In this document: positions 21,001 through 28,975 of the stretch, piece after piece
Position numbering within the stretch: the stretch's first letter is position 1
How the letters are laid out: every line of letters begins with the position of its first letter
Assembly: GCA_964596875.1 (NCBI GenBank)
Contig: CAZQVT010000003.1
Coordinates: forward strand, 1 to 58,321
DNA from: an uncultured Candidatus Saccharibacteria bacterium
GTDB lineage: Bacteria; Patescibacteriota; Minisyncoccia; Phycocordibacterales; DATDWN01
DNA length: 58,321 nucleotides
Direction: 5' to 3'
Notes under the pieces: model-generated
What the model saw: the letters and a program-made list of their open reading frames with translations, nothing else
What the model was told of the DNA's origin: nothing
The model's database searches: none
Position numbers and translations under genes: made by a program

Positions 21001-22053
21001 GTTTTTTATTCCATTTTTAACAGCCAAAAGATCATTTGCATCATATGCCCAAACTTGATGAATGTATGGCCAACCGTGTGTACCCTTACTTAGACTTGTA
21101 GGGTCATAACAGTATATGACTTGACCATTCCATCCAGGCACTGGTTGTCTGTCTAGGGCAGGGTCAGTAGTTCCCTCTCCATAACAAAATGTAGTTGCAT
21201 GTCTACCCACAAACAGAACTGTTCTAGTTCCCGCAGGAAATGCTGCGCCGCCCAACTGATCTGCTCCTGAAAACAACGTATTAGCCTGAGAATATCCTCC
21301 AAGAGTTTGGTATTCACCAGGATAGCCAACAAGCAATTTAGTTGCAGCAGAACTAACTCCAAGTTGGTCTGGGTCAAAAACAGTAAGTGAAGGACCAAAA
21401 CTTGTTCTACCGATAATTGGTATTCCCATTTGACCTGTAAATGCAGGTGCTCCAAGCAAACTTCTCCACTCTGCAGGCACTATGCCCATATATCCTGATT
21501 GCATTCCAACTCTATCCGTTGGAGAAGAATTCGATCCAGTCAATGCACCAACTCTAAAAGGCCCGGCTTGTGAAGTCATGTTAGGAGTCATGGTAAAATG
21601 CGAACCCACAGCAGTACCACCAGCATCATAGTAAGGATACATTGTTACAATAAGTTTATTATTCCAAACCAAAGTACCTCCTGGATTGAAACCATTAACA
21701 TCTCCAGGATTAACAGCCAACTTATTTGTTACTGCAGTACATGGCATTTGCACCGTACCAGTTCCTCCAATAGCAGGAATACTTACTCTTGCTATCATGT
21801 CATACCAGTCATGACATCCGAAATAAATAGATTGACCATCTGCACCCATACCTAGTCCAAAAGATCCGTAATCAAGGCTGTTGTTCGCATTGTCATATGC
21901 AGGTACGGTAAATTTACCCAAATAAACCATATCTGCTTGTTGAACTAGAGGTTGTGTTGTCGGGGAAACAGTTTGAGCTACTGCAAATGCTGGACTTACA
22001 ATAGATGCTAATAATGAAAACAAGGTTGATAAGGCTATTAAGGTTTTTTTCAT
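18010..22053 (-). CDS. Large secreted multidomain surface protein
   Basis: 1347 aa. N-terminal signal peptide (MKKTLIALSTLFSLLASIVSPAFAVAQ). Two ~85-aa repeats with SW(S/T)STNATSC. PbH1-like beta-helix turns (ISDMTIRN, NSILEY, VVRGNTFKN, VERNTFINN, IANNFIY, VYNNTII). Three ~95-aa repeats (TKPTV...DDVGVxGVQFKxDG...). C-terminal WWKVNFASGVDGWVAANYL. The N-terminal ~400 aa is unassigned. Confidence 0.85.
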   Translation of the reverse strand: MKKTLIALSTLFSLLASIVSPAFAVAQTVSPTTQPLVQQADMVYLGKFTVPAYDNANNSLDYGSFGLGMGADGQSIYFGCHDWYDMIARVSIPAIGGTGTVQMPCTAVTNKLAVNPGDVNGFNPGGTLVWNNKLIVTMYPYYDAGGTAVGSHFTMTPNMTSQAGPFRVGALTGSNSSPTDRVGMQSGYMGIVPAEWRSLLGAPAFTGQMGIPIIGRTSFGPSLTVFDPDQLGVSSAATKLLVGYPGEYQTLGGYSQANTLFSGADQLGGAAFPAGTRTVLFVGRHATTFCYGEGTTDPALDRQPVPGWNGQVIYCYDPTSLSKGTHGWPYIHQVWAYDANDLLAVKNGIKNPWDLRPYATWKLSDINNSGSAPSITSATYDPATKKFYMAIGRDIHVYQVNVGTAPTTQQPTADLKVNGSDLPVTINSKTAITLSWSSTNATSCTLTGGLSGTSGTQSVTPTSSTTYTLSCTGAGGTASDSVSVTVNSVTVQSPTADIKANGSDGPISVPATSGVSLTWTSTNATSCSVNPGAYSGLTGTQTTSAIEAGRTFVVSCTGAGGTASDSVVVNPSSTTGGTVNVSTIDQLKTAVANLTSNQTIVLANGTYNLTDALYLPQNISNVTIKGSGRDTTIVQGNGMTGNINFGFWMDNVKGVTISDMTIRNISQHGIIANSGVDNPTFRNLRITDIGDQFIKNNPTNGQGVDNGILENSILEYTTYASDTYTNGLDVHYGKNWVVRGNTFKNFRSNSGLVGPAVLFWNGSSDTIVERNTFINNHRDISLGLDNTKTAQAPVSNGTLTDHARGVIANNFIYRASGQSFFDVPVAVFDSPSTKVYNNTIISSGMYPNSVEYRFSRTTGVDIKNNLIDGLITARDGATATLGNNVINAVSSMFVSPTTGDLHLTSGATSAIDKGVAVSVTNDFDNQTRPLGSAYDVGADETQSSGGTTDTTKPTVTLTAPSSYTAIKGVPILVSADATDNVGVVGVQFKLDGANLNTEDTTSAYSTIWDTTNASEGPHTLTAVARDAAGNTQTSSSVTVTISVPDVGDTTKPTVNVTSPEYNSEANSTISLSAEASDDVGVAGVQFKVDGVSILSEDNVEPYSISWNTSSVSNGSHSVTAVARDLTGNLQESGVVVVRVQNDVVTIVPPTVSLTSPTSGSTVSNTVIVSANAEDDKGVVGVQFKLDGVNLLPEDTTAPYSISWNTLAASNGSHKVTATARDVEGNQTTSDSRSVTVSNSSPTPPPPTSLKVGDKVKTTTTVSVRSSAGGRYLGSQRTGKTGTITSGPGYANSLTWWKVNFASGVDGWVAANYLTKSTVAMTDDDYRKNIANIYLIIKYLQERVAGQN

Positions 22054-22153
22054 AATTTGAATTAATTTTTAATATGGGGTAATTATAACACTTTAAATTG
22101 TGTGCAAACAACTGATACAAATCCAAAAACTATAGTACAATGTATTTTCTATC

Positions 22154-23314
22154 ATGGACTACAACAAAATTTCACTACAAAAACACAAGAAACTAAAAGG
22201 TAAACTTGGCATTCATTCAAAAATACCTATAAAAAATAGAAATGACTTGTCTGTTGCCTATACACCTGGTGTAGCAGAAGTTTCGAGAGTTTTAGCAAAA
22301 AATAAAAACCTCGCAAAGGACCTGACCTTAAAGTCTAACTCTGTTGCAGTTATTTCAGACGGTTCAGCAGTACTTGGGCTTGGCAATATTGGACCATACG
22401 GAGCACTCCCTGTTATGGAAGGCAAAGCTATACTTTTCAAAGAGTTCGGAGGTGTTGAAGCTTACCCTATATGTCTAGATACCCAGGACATAGAAGAAAT
22501 AATTAAAACAATAAAAAACATCTCGGTTGGTTTTGGTGGTATAAACCTAGAAGACATTTCTGCACCAAGATGTTTTGAAATAGAAGAACGACTAAAAAAT
22601 GAACTTGATATTCCAGTAATGCACGATGACCAACATGGCACAGCGATTGTTGTTTTGTCTGCACTTATAAATGCTCTGAAGGTTGTAAAGAAAGAAAAAG
22701 AAAATGTAAAACTTGTTGTAAACGGCGCTGGCTCTGCAGCAATTGCGATCACTAAGTTACTTATTGCTTACGGTTTCAATGCCAAAAAATTAATAATGGT
22801 AGATAGCAAAGGCAGTATTCACAAAAAAAGAACTGATCTAAACAAATACAAAGGACAGATCGCGGAGCTGACAAATGCAGAAATGAAGGATGGAGGTTTA
22901 AAAGAAGCACTAGTTGATGCAGATATCTTTGTCGGAGTGTCAGTTGCAGATGTTTTAAAACCTGAGTGGGTAGAAACTATGGCAAAAGATCCGATAGTTA
23001 TTGCAATGGCAAATCCAAATCCTGAAATAAGTTTTACAAATGCAAAAAAAACAAAAATCAAAGTTTTTGGCACTGGAAGAAGTGACCTCCCTAACCAAAT
23101 AAACAATGTTTTGGTTTTTCCTGGTATCTTTCGAGGTGCACTAGATAGTGGGGCAAAACAAATCACCGAAGAAATGAAACTCGCTAGCGCAAAAGCAATA
23201 GCAAACCTTGTTTCCAAAAAAGAACTTTCTGCTAACTATATAATCCCCAATCCTTTCGATAAACGTGTCGCAAAAGCAGTCGCAAATGCGGTAAAAAAGG
23301 CAACTAAAAAGTAA
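22154..23314 (+). CDS. NAD(P)-dependent malic enzyme (short form)
   Basis: 386 aa. AYTPGVA, GTAIVVLSALINALK and dinucleotide fold VVNGAGSAAIA, typical of bacterial malic enzymes lacking the PTA domain. Confidence 0.9.
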   Translation: MDYNKISLQKHKKLKGKLGIHSKIPIKNRNDLSVAYTPGVAEVSRVLAKNKNLAKDLTLKSNSVAVISDGSAVLGLGNIGPYGALPVMEGKAILFKEFGGVEAYPICLDTQDIEEIIKTIKNISVGFGGINLEDISAPRCFEIEERLKNELDIPVMHDDQHGTAIVVLSALINALKVVKKEKENVKLVVNGAGSAAIAITKLLIAYGFNAKKLIMVDSKGSIHKKRTDLNKYKGQIAELTNAEMKDGGLKEALVDADIFVGVSVADVLKPEWVETMAKDPIVIAMANPNPEISFTNAKKTKIKVFGTGRSDLPNQINNVLVFPGIFRGALDSGAKQITEEMKLASAKAIANLVSKKELSANYIIPNPFDKRVAKAVANAVKKATKK

Positions 23315-23385
23315 CCCAAATCCTAGATTTATCAAGTCTTGTAATGGCCCCTCTTTAGGAGTAAGGTTTCGCTAAGTAACCAATA

Positions 23386-23405
23386 CCTCCTTATGGAGGC
23401 TTTTT
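23386..23405 (+). terminator. Weak intrinsic terminator after the malic enzyme gene
   Basis: CCTCC-TTAT-GGAGG followed by CTTTTT. Ends 8 nt before the next ATG. Confidence 0.45.
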
Positions 23406-23412
23406 CATTTAC

Positions 23413-24645
23413 ATGGCAACTACCAAGGAAAAATTTGAAAGACTAACCGAAGAAATCAAAAATGGCGGTGATATTTCTATTATCAACCTTATGGAGTGTC
23501 TGGTTGAAAAAGCTCACAAAACTAGAGTTTCTGACATTCACATAGACCCAACTCCTGAAAGTGTTCGGGTTCGTTTTCGTATAGACGGAGTTCTACAAGA
23601 AGCCTACGACTTCCCTAAAACTATCCATAATGAAATTATCTCCAGAATAAAGGTTTTATCAAAACTTCGCACCGACGAACACCAGACGACCCAGGACGGA
23701 CGTTTTCGATACGAATTCCCCGACTCAAAAGAATTCGTAGATCTTAGAGTATCTATAGTCCCAACATATCACGGTGAAAACTGTGTAATGCGACTTTTGT
23801 CTGACAAGGCAGAACATTACAGTTTGGATAGTTTAGGTTTTAGCCCGGAGGACCAAAAGAAAATTCTAACTGCCATGAAAAAACCAAACGGCATGATACT
23901 TTCTACAGGTCCTACTGGCTCAGGAAAAACTACAACTCTTTACACACTTATTAAAATGCTAAACTCTCCTGAAGTTTCGATAGTTACTATTGAAGACCCT
24001 ATCGAATATGCAGTAGAAGATATAGAACAAATCCAAGTAAATGCAAAAAGCGGACTAACATTTGCAAATGGACTTAGAAGTATTTTGCGACAGGACCCAA
24101 ATATTATTATGGTGGGAGAAATAAGAGACAGCGAAACTGCAACTATCGCAGTAAACACTGCCCTAACTGGTCACCTACTTCTTTCCACTCTACACACCAA
24201 CGACGCCGCGACAACTCTTCCGAGACTTTTGGATATGGGCATAGAGGAGTACCTTGTTGCATCTACTGTAAGTATTGCAATAGGACAAAGACTAGTTAGA
24301 AAAATATGCGAAGAATGTAAACAGAAAGTGGAAATGACCGAAGCTTTGAAAACAAGTCTGCAAGATAGTCCTTTTGCAAAACTCACAAAAGATACTGACG
24401 AGTTCTGGAAAGGCGCTGGTTGTAAAAAATGTGGCAAGAGTGGTTTTTCTGGAAGAATCTCTATAAACGAGATCCTGGTCGCGGATGAAAAAATAAAAGA
24501 AGCTATACTAAAAAAAGTATCTGCTTCTGAAATAAAAAGAATTGCTGTAGAAAATGGAATGACAACAATACTAGAAGACGGATATAAAAAAGTAGTTTCG
24601 GGACTTACAACACTCGAGGAAATACTTAGAGTTGTACACGAATAA
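23413..24645 (+). CDS. Second GspE/PilB-family secretion ATPase (short, no N-terminal MshEN domain)
   Basis: 410 aa. Walker A GPTGSGKTT, IIMVGEIRD, TGHLLLSTLHT, complete tetracysteine motif CEECKQK...CKKCGKSG. Confidence 0.9.
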   Translation: MATTKEKFERLTEEIKNGGDISIINLMECLVEKAHKTRVSDIHIDPTPESVRVRFRIDGVLQEAYDFPKTIHNEIISRIKVLSKLRTDEHQTTQDGRFRYEFPDSKEFVDLRVSIVPTYHGENCVMRLLSDKAEHYSLDSLGFSPEDQKKILTAMKKPNGMILSTGPTGSGKTTTLYTLIKMLNSPEVSIVTIEDPIEYAVEDIEQIQVNAKSGLTFANGLRSILRQDPNIIMVGEIRDSETATIAVNTALTGHLLLSTLHTNDAATTLPRLLDMGIEEYLVASTVSIAIGQRLVRKICEECKQKVEMTEALKTSLQDSPFAKLTKDTDEFWKGAGCKKCGKSGFSGRISINEILVADEKIKEAILKKVSASEIKRIAVENGMTTILEDGYKKVVSGLTTLEEILRVVHE

Positions 24646-24646
24646 T

Positions 24647-25807
24647 ATGAAAAAATACATCGATAAATTTTCTAAATCTTTAAAAGATTTAAATAAAAAA
24701 TACAGTAAAAAAACAAGTAAAAATTCAAAGGTTTTTGCATACTTCAAAAATTCTACCTATTCAAGAATGTCTACAAAAGACCAGACATTCTTTGTAAAAA
24801 GACTTTCATTTTTGATCAAAGCAGGTATACCAGTTTTGGACAGTCTACAGATGATAAAAGACCAGACAAAAAAGAAAAGTTATGCAAAAGTTCTAGACAA
24901 AATAATCGCTGATGTTGCAAACGGTCAAAACCTTTCCAACAGTCTCGCAAAGTTCCCAAGCATGTTTAGTGAGTTTTCTATAAATATTATTAGTTTCGGT
25001 GAGTCGAGTGGAATACTTTCTGAAAACCTAGACTACTTAGCAGACGAACTCAAAAAGAAAAACGCACTTAGAAAAAAAGTTGTGGGTGCATTTGTTTACC
25101 CTATCGTAGTAACTGTAGCAACTTTTGGGATTACAGGTTTTCTTATGGTCTATCTTTTCCCTAAAATAATGCCAGTTTTTCAAAGTCTGCACATGAAACT
25201 TCCGGTTTCAACTAGAATAGTAATATTTTTAAGTAACTTTATTAGATTTAATAGTTTATATATTTTCCTAGGTCTTGCACTCTTCATATCAGGTTTTATA
25301 TATCTAATGAAAAAAAGTTTACTCTTTAGATACTATTTTGATAAATCAATTCTTAAAATACCGGCTATAGGAAACATTGTTCGAGATTACAATCTCGCAA
25401 ACTCTACCAGAACAATAGGCCTACTACTAAAAGGTGGCGTCACAGTTAGTGAAGCGATCCCTATAGCAGAAAAAACTAGTAGCAACCTTATATACAAGCA
25501 GGAATTCAAAAGGCTTACAGAAAACGCAAACCGTGGAGAGAAAATTTCGGTCTATCTTGGATCTAGACCTGACTTGTTTCCAGAAATTTTATCCCAGATA
25601 GTTTCTGTTGGAGAAAGAAGTGGAAACCTTTCAAACTCCCTAATATATCTTTCTGAACTATACGAAACTCAAGTTGACGACTTCACGAAAAACTTGGGAA
25701 ACCTTATCGAACCAGCACTTATGATTTTCATGGGAATTCTAGTAGGTTTTATTGCCATATCTATAATCACTCCTATATATAGTATTACCCAAAACCTACA
25801 TGGATAG
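24647..25807 (+). CDS. Second GspF/PilC-family platform protein
   Basis: Start taken at the ATG (MKKYIDKF) 1 nt after the ATPase stop; the track's 24632 start is TTG. T2SF-like repeats and 3 hydrophobic blocks. Confidence 0.85.
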   Translation: MKKYIDKFSKSLKDLNKKYSKKTSKNSKVFAYFKNSTYSRMSTKDQTFFVKRLSFLIKAGIPVLDSLQMIKDQTKKKSYAKVLDKIIADVANGQNLSNSLAKFPSMFSEFSINIISFGESSGILSENLDYLADELKKKNALRKKVVGAFVYPIVVTVATFGITGFLMVYLFPKIMPVFQSLHMKLPVSTRIVIFLSNFIRFNSLYIFLGLALFISGFIYLMKKSLLFRYYFDKSILKIPAIGNIVRDYNLANSTRTIGLLLKGGVTVSEAIPIAEKTSSNLIYKQEFKRLTENANRGEKISVYLGSRPDLFPEILSQIVSVGERSGNLSNSLIYLSELYETQVDDFTKNLGNLIEPALMIFMGILVGFIAISIITPIYSITQNLHG

Positions 25808-26270
25808 TTTAAAGTTCAAAAAAAATAATGGCTTTACTCTAATAGAAGTTTTGATAACTCTAGGAATACTGGCAATAGTTGGCACAACATTTTCGATAAT
25901 TGATATAAACAATTTTAGAGGAGACTCTTTCAGATCTGAAGTAAGCACTATTGGCACTGCGCTTCAAACCGCCAGAGCAAACTCGTTTAACAATATTAAC
26001 CAGAAAAAACACGGTGTGGCATTTAACCCGAGTGGCATAAATGGATACGTAATATTTGAGGGGAATTCTTATGCTGACAGAGATACAACAAAAGACGTAG
26101 TCATAAACCCCACATACACTGTTGTGTTTGCTGTATCTGCACCAACAGAAATTACTTTTGACCAACTTAGTGGCAATGCAAACTATAACGGCAATATTGT
26201 TTTAACCGACCCACAAAGAGGCGTTACCGCAATAATACAAACAAACAATGAAGGCAAAATCTCTTGGTAA
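25800..26270 (+). CDS. Pseudopilin (prepilin-type N-terminus; GspH/FimT-like size)
   Basis: KKNNG/FTLIEVLITLGILAIVG. Start ATG overlaps the upstream stop (ATGGATAG). Confidence 0.75.
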   Translation: MDSLKFKKNNGFTLIEVLITLGILAIVGTTFSIIDINNFRGDSFRSEVSTIGTALQTARANSFNNINQKKHGVAFNPSGINGYVIFEGNSYADRDTTKDVVINPTYTVVFAVSAPTEITFDQLSGNANYNGNIVLTDPQRGVTAIIQTNNEGKISW

Positions 26271-27786
26271 AAAACAAGGTTTTTCTACTTTGGAATTAAT
26301 GATTGCTTTGGCGCTCATTTCGATTGTCTTAGTTGGTGCCATAGGCGGAAACTTTATTGCACAATACTGGTCTTTGGTAAGTCAGACATCAAATGAGGGT
26401 TTATACAAAACGAAAACAAAACTAGAAGACCTGCGATCCCTTATAAAACAGGATTTTTACAGTGCTGTTTCTAGTGCCCCCATAGCATCTGTTGACCCAA
26501 CTGACCCAGCAGATGCCTCATGTATAAACGGAGGTCTTTGTTATTTTATAGAGAGCAATATAACCGACATATCTTCTTGCTCGAAGTTTGTCGAATCAAA
26601 AGTAAAGTGGCAAGTTCAAAACTATCCCGAAACCACGACTTCCCTTTTCACAAACCTAACTAACTCACAAGAAATTATAAATCGTGGTGGTGACTGTCTT
26701 TTGGATGTGCCAAACGGCAACTGGGAAACAAACAACCCAGCTAGTGTTGGACTACAAACTTACACCGGAGGAAAGCAGTTTACCAGCGTAGATGTTCTAC
26801 ACAAAAAAATATATGCGACAACAAACACCTTTCCCTCTTTTTTAATCTTTGATGAACCAAGTACAGTTGGAAACAATCCAACTTTAGTAAGTAGTTATGA
26901 TTTAAAACTCAATTCTTTTTCTCTAAAAATAAATGCCGTTGATGTAGAAGAGGATCTAAGTACCGGAAGGAAATATGCTTTTGTTGCAGTGGCGACCACC
27001 ACAAAACAACTTGCAGTTTTTGATATCACCGACAGCAGTTCCCCAGACTTGAAAGCGCAGATAACTCTACAAAACGTAGACCAGTTTGGTTCATACCCAG
27101 AAGGATATCGTCTGTATGTTTACGGACAAAGGCTTTACATAACCGTCCGAGAAACAACCGGAAATGAGTTTCATATTTTTGATATCAGCACACCAACATT
27201 GCCCACAGAAATTGGTAATGGTTTTGAATTAAACAGAACTGTAAATGACCTAGTTGTGAGAGATCAAAAAATAAATGGCGCCACAAAAAGACTTGTGTTT
27301 CTCGCTTCAGATTCAAACGTAAAAGAGCTTGGAGTTTTGGATGTTACCGGAGATGCGATATCTGAAATTGCCTCAGTTGACCTACCTGGAATATATGACG
27401 GTCTTTCACTAAACCTATTAGGTAGAAATTTGTATTTTGGAAGACAGAGTAATCCATCTGGACCAGAGTTGTTTGTATTTGATATTACAAACCCAAGTGT
27501 TTCCCTACCAATAAAAAATTCTGGCGAAGCGGGTACAAATATTACCTCAATAAAAGTTTCTGGAAAATATGCGTTTATTGGCACAAATAAAGTCGGTGAA
27601 GAATTTCAGGTATGGGATAGTGAGTTTTCAAACTGGAGTGCAACAACTGCGAACGTAGGTAGATTTAAATTTTACTCTTTCACAAATCTTGCACCGCTTG
27701 GTTTTGATATAGATAGCAACTGGATCTATGCAGTAAGTAACCAGAATACGACAGACAAACTGCAAGTCTTATACACGACACCGTAA
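26248..27786 (+). CDS. Large pseudopilin with C-terminal LVIVD-like beta-propeller
   Basis: 512 aa. KKQG/FSTLELMIALALISIVL, followed by repeated blades QLAVFDITDSSSP, EFHIFDISTPTLP, ELGVLDVTGD, ELFVFDITNPS, EEFQVWDSEF. Confidence 0.75.
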   Translation: MKAKSLGKKQGFSTLELMIALALISIVLVGAIGGNFIAQYWSLVSQTSNEGLYKTKTKLEDLRSLIKQDFYSAVSSAPIASVDPTDPADASCINGGLCYFIESNITDISSCSKFVESKVKWQVQNYPETTTSLFTNLTNSQEIINRGGDCLLDVPNGNWETNNPASVGLQTYTGGKQFTSVDVLHKKIYATTNTFPSFLIFDEPSTVGNNPTLVSSYDLKLNSFSLKINAVDVEEDLSTGRKYAFVAVATTTKQLAVFDITDSSSPDLKAQITLQNVDQFGSYPEGYRLYVYGQRLYITVRETTGNEFHIFDISTPTLPTEIGNGFELNRTVNDLVVRDQKINGATKRLVFLASDSNVKELGVLDVTGDAISEIASVDLPGIYDGLSLNLLGRNLYFGRQSNPSGPELFVFDITNPSVSLPIKNSGEAGTNITSIKVSGKYAFIGTNKVGEEFQVWDSEFSNWSATTANVGRFKFYSFTNLAPLGFDIDSNWIYAVSNQNTTDKLQVLYTTP

Positions 27787-28259
27787 TGAAAAATATAAAT
27801 ACTAAAAAAGGGTTTACTTTGGTAGAAACAATGATATATATTGCCTTATTTGGCATTGTTATTTATGGCGCTTTTGTTGGTGCGTATAATCTTTTAGAAG
27901 GAGGAAAAAGAAATATAAACACTGCCAAAATTGAAGAAGAAGGAACTTTTATAAATAGAAAAATAAACTGGGCATTAACAGGAGCAACAAATGTTACTGT
28001 AACTTCTGGGGGAACAAAAATAACAATTACCAGACCTGATTTAGGACCACAGAGTCCCCTTGTCATTTCAGAAACTGGCAGCAACATGACTATCACTCGT
28101 GGCACTGGTAGTGAAACAGAGTTAAACAATGACCGATTCCACATAAGCGGAACTCAGTTTGTTTACACAGCCGGTGCAGGAGGTAGACCCCCATCAATCT
28201 CTGCAACATTCAAGGTTGAGGAAAAGGTATTTAGTTTCAGAAATTACCTGAGACAATAG
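27786..28259 (+). CDS. Pseudopilin (prepilin-type N-terminus)
   Basis: TKKG/FTLVETMIYIALFGIV. Start overlaps the upstream stop (TAATG). 157 aa. Confidence 0.75.
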   Translation: MKNINTKKGFTLVETMIYIALFGIVIYGAFVGAYNLLEGGKRNINTAKIEEEGTFINRKINWALTGATNVTVTSGGTKITITRPDLGPQSPLVISETGSNMTITRGTGSETELNNDRFHISGTQFVYTAGAGGRPPSISATFKVEEKVFSFRNYLRQ

Positions 28260-28321
28260 TCGTTGATTTTTAGTTAGAAATGGGCTATATTTTAACCCTT
28301 GATAATTAATTCGAATAACTT

Positions 28322-28900
28322 ATGGCAATGCTAGATTACAGTGAAATAACAGAGCGAAAATACATCGTTTTCAATGGTGAACCATGGGAAGTACTATCTT
28401 CACACGTTTTCCGAAAGCAACAGAGAAAACCTGTTAACGCAACAAAACTTAAAAACCTTATAACTGGAAAAGTTACAGAGCAATCTTTCCATGTTTCTGA
28501 AAAGGTAGAAGAGGCAGAAATAGACTCAAAAGAAGCAAAATACCTATACAACAACAAAGGTGAATACTGGTTCTGTGACCCTAGTAACCCGGCTGATAGA
28601 TTTTCATTAAGTGACGACCTTATGGGACCTAGAGGAAAGTTTCTAAAAGTTAACACTATTATCGAAGTTCTATCTTTTGAGGAGACTACAATAGGGGTAA
28701 AAATGCCTATTAAAGTAGAGCTAAAAGTAGTTGAGGCTCATCCAGCAGTTAAAGGAAACACTGCCCAAGGAGGCACAAAAACAGTGAAACTAGAGACAGG
28801 TGCAGAGATACAGGTTCCTATGTTTATAAAGGAAGGTGAAATAGTGAGAGTAAACTCTGAAACTGGTGAATATACAGAACGAGCCGTCGCCGGGTTCTAG
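28322..28900 (+). CDS. efp: Elongation factor P
   Basis: 192 aa. GEPWEV..., three-domain EF-P pattern, C-terminal GEIVRVNSETGEYTERA. The loop that normally reads KPGKG reads RKQQRKP. Confidence 0.9.
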   Translation: MAMLDYSEITERKYIVFNGEPWEVLSSHVFRKQQRKPVNATKLKNLITGKVTEQSFHVSEKVEEAEIDSKEAKYLYNNKGEYWFCDPSNPADRFSLSDDLMGPRGKFLKVNTIIEVLSFEETTIGVKMPIKVELKVVEAHPAVKGNTAQGGTKTVKLETGAEIQVPMFIKEGEIVRVNSETGEYTERAVAGF

Positions 28901-28941
28901 ATAAGAAAAAAGCCTCCAATGGAGGCTTTTTTCTTATCTAG
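28897..28941. terminator. Bidirectional intrinsic terminator (21-bp perfect palindrome)
   Basis: CTAGATAAGAAAAAAGCCTCC-AAT-GGAGGCTTTTTTCTTATCTAG, overlapping the efp stop. Confidence 0.7.
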
Positions 28942-28975
28942 AACTACCCATGATTTTTTATGATAAAATCAAAGT

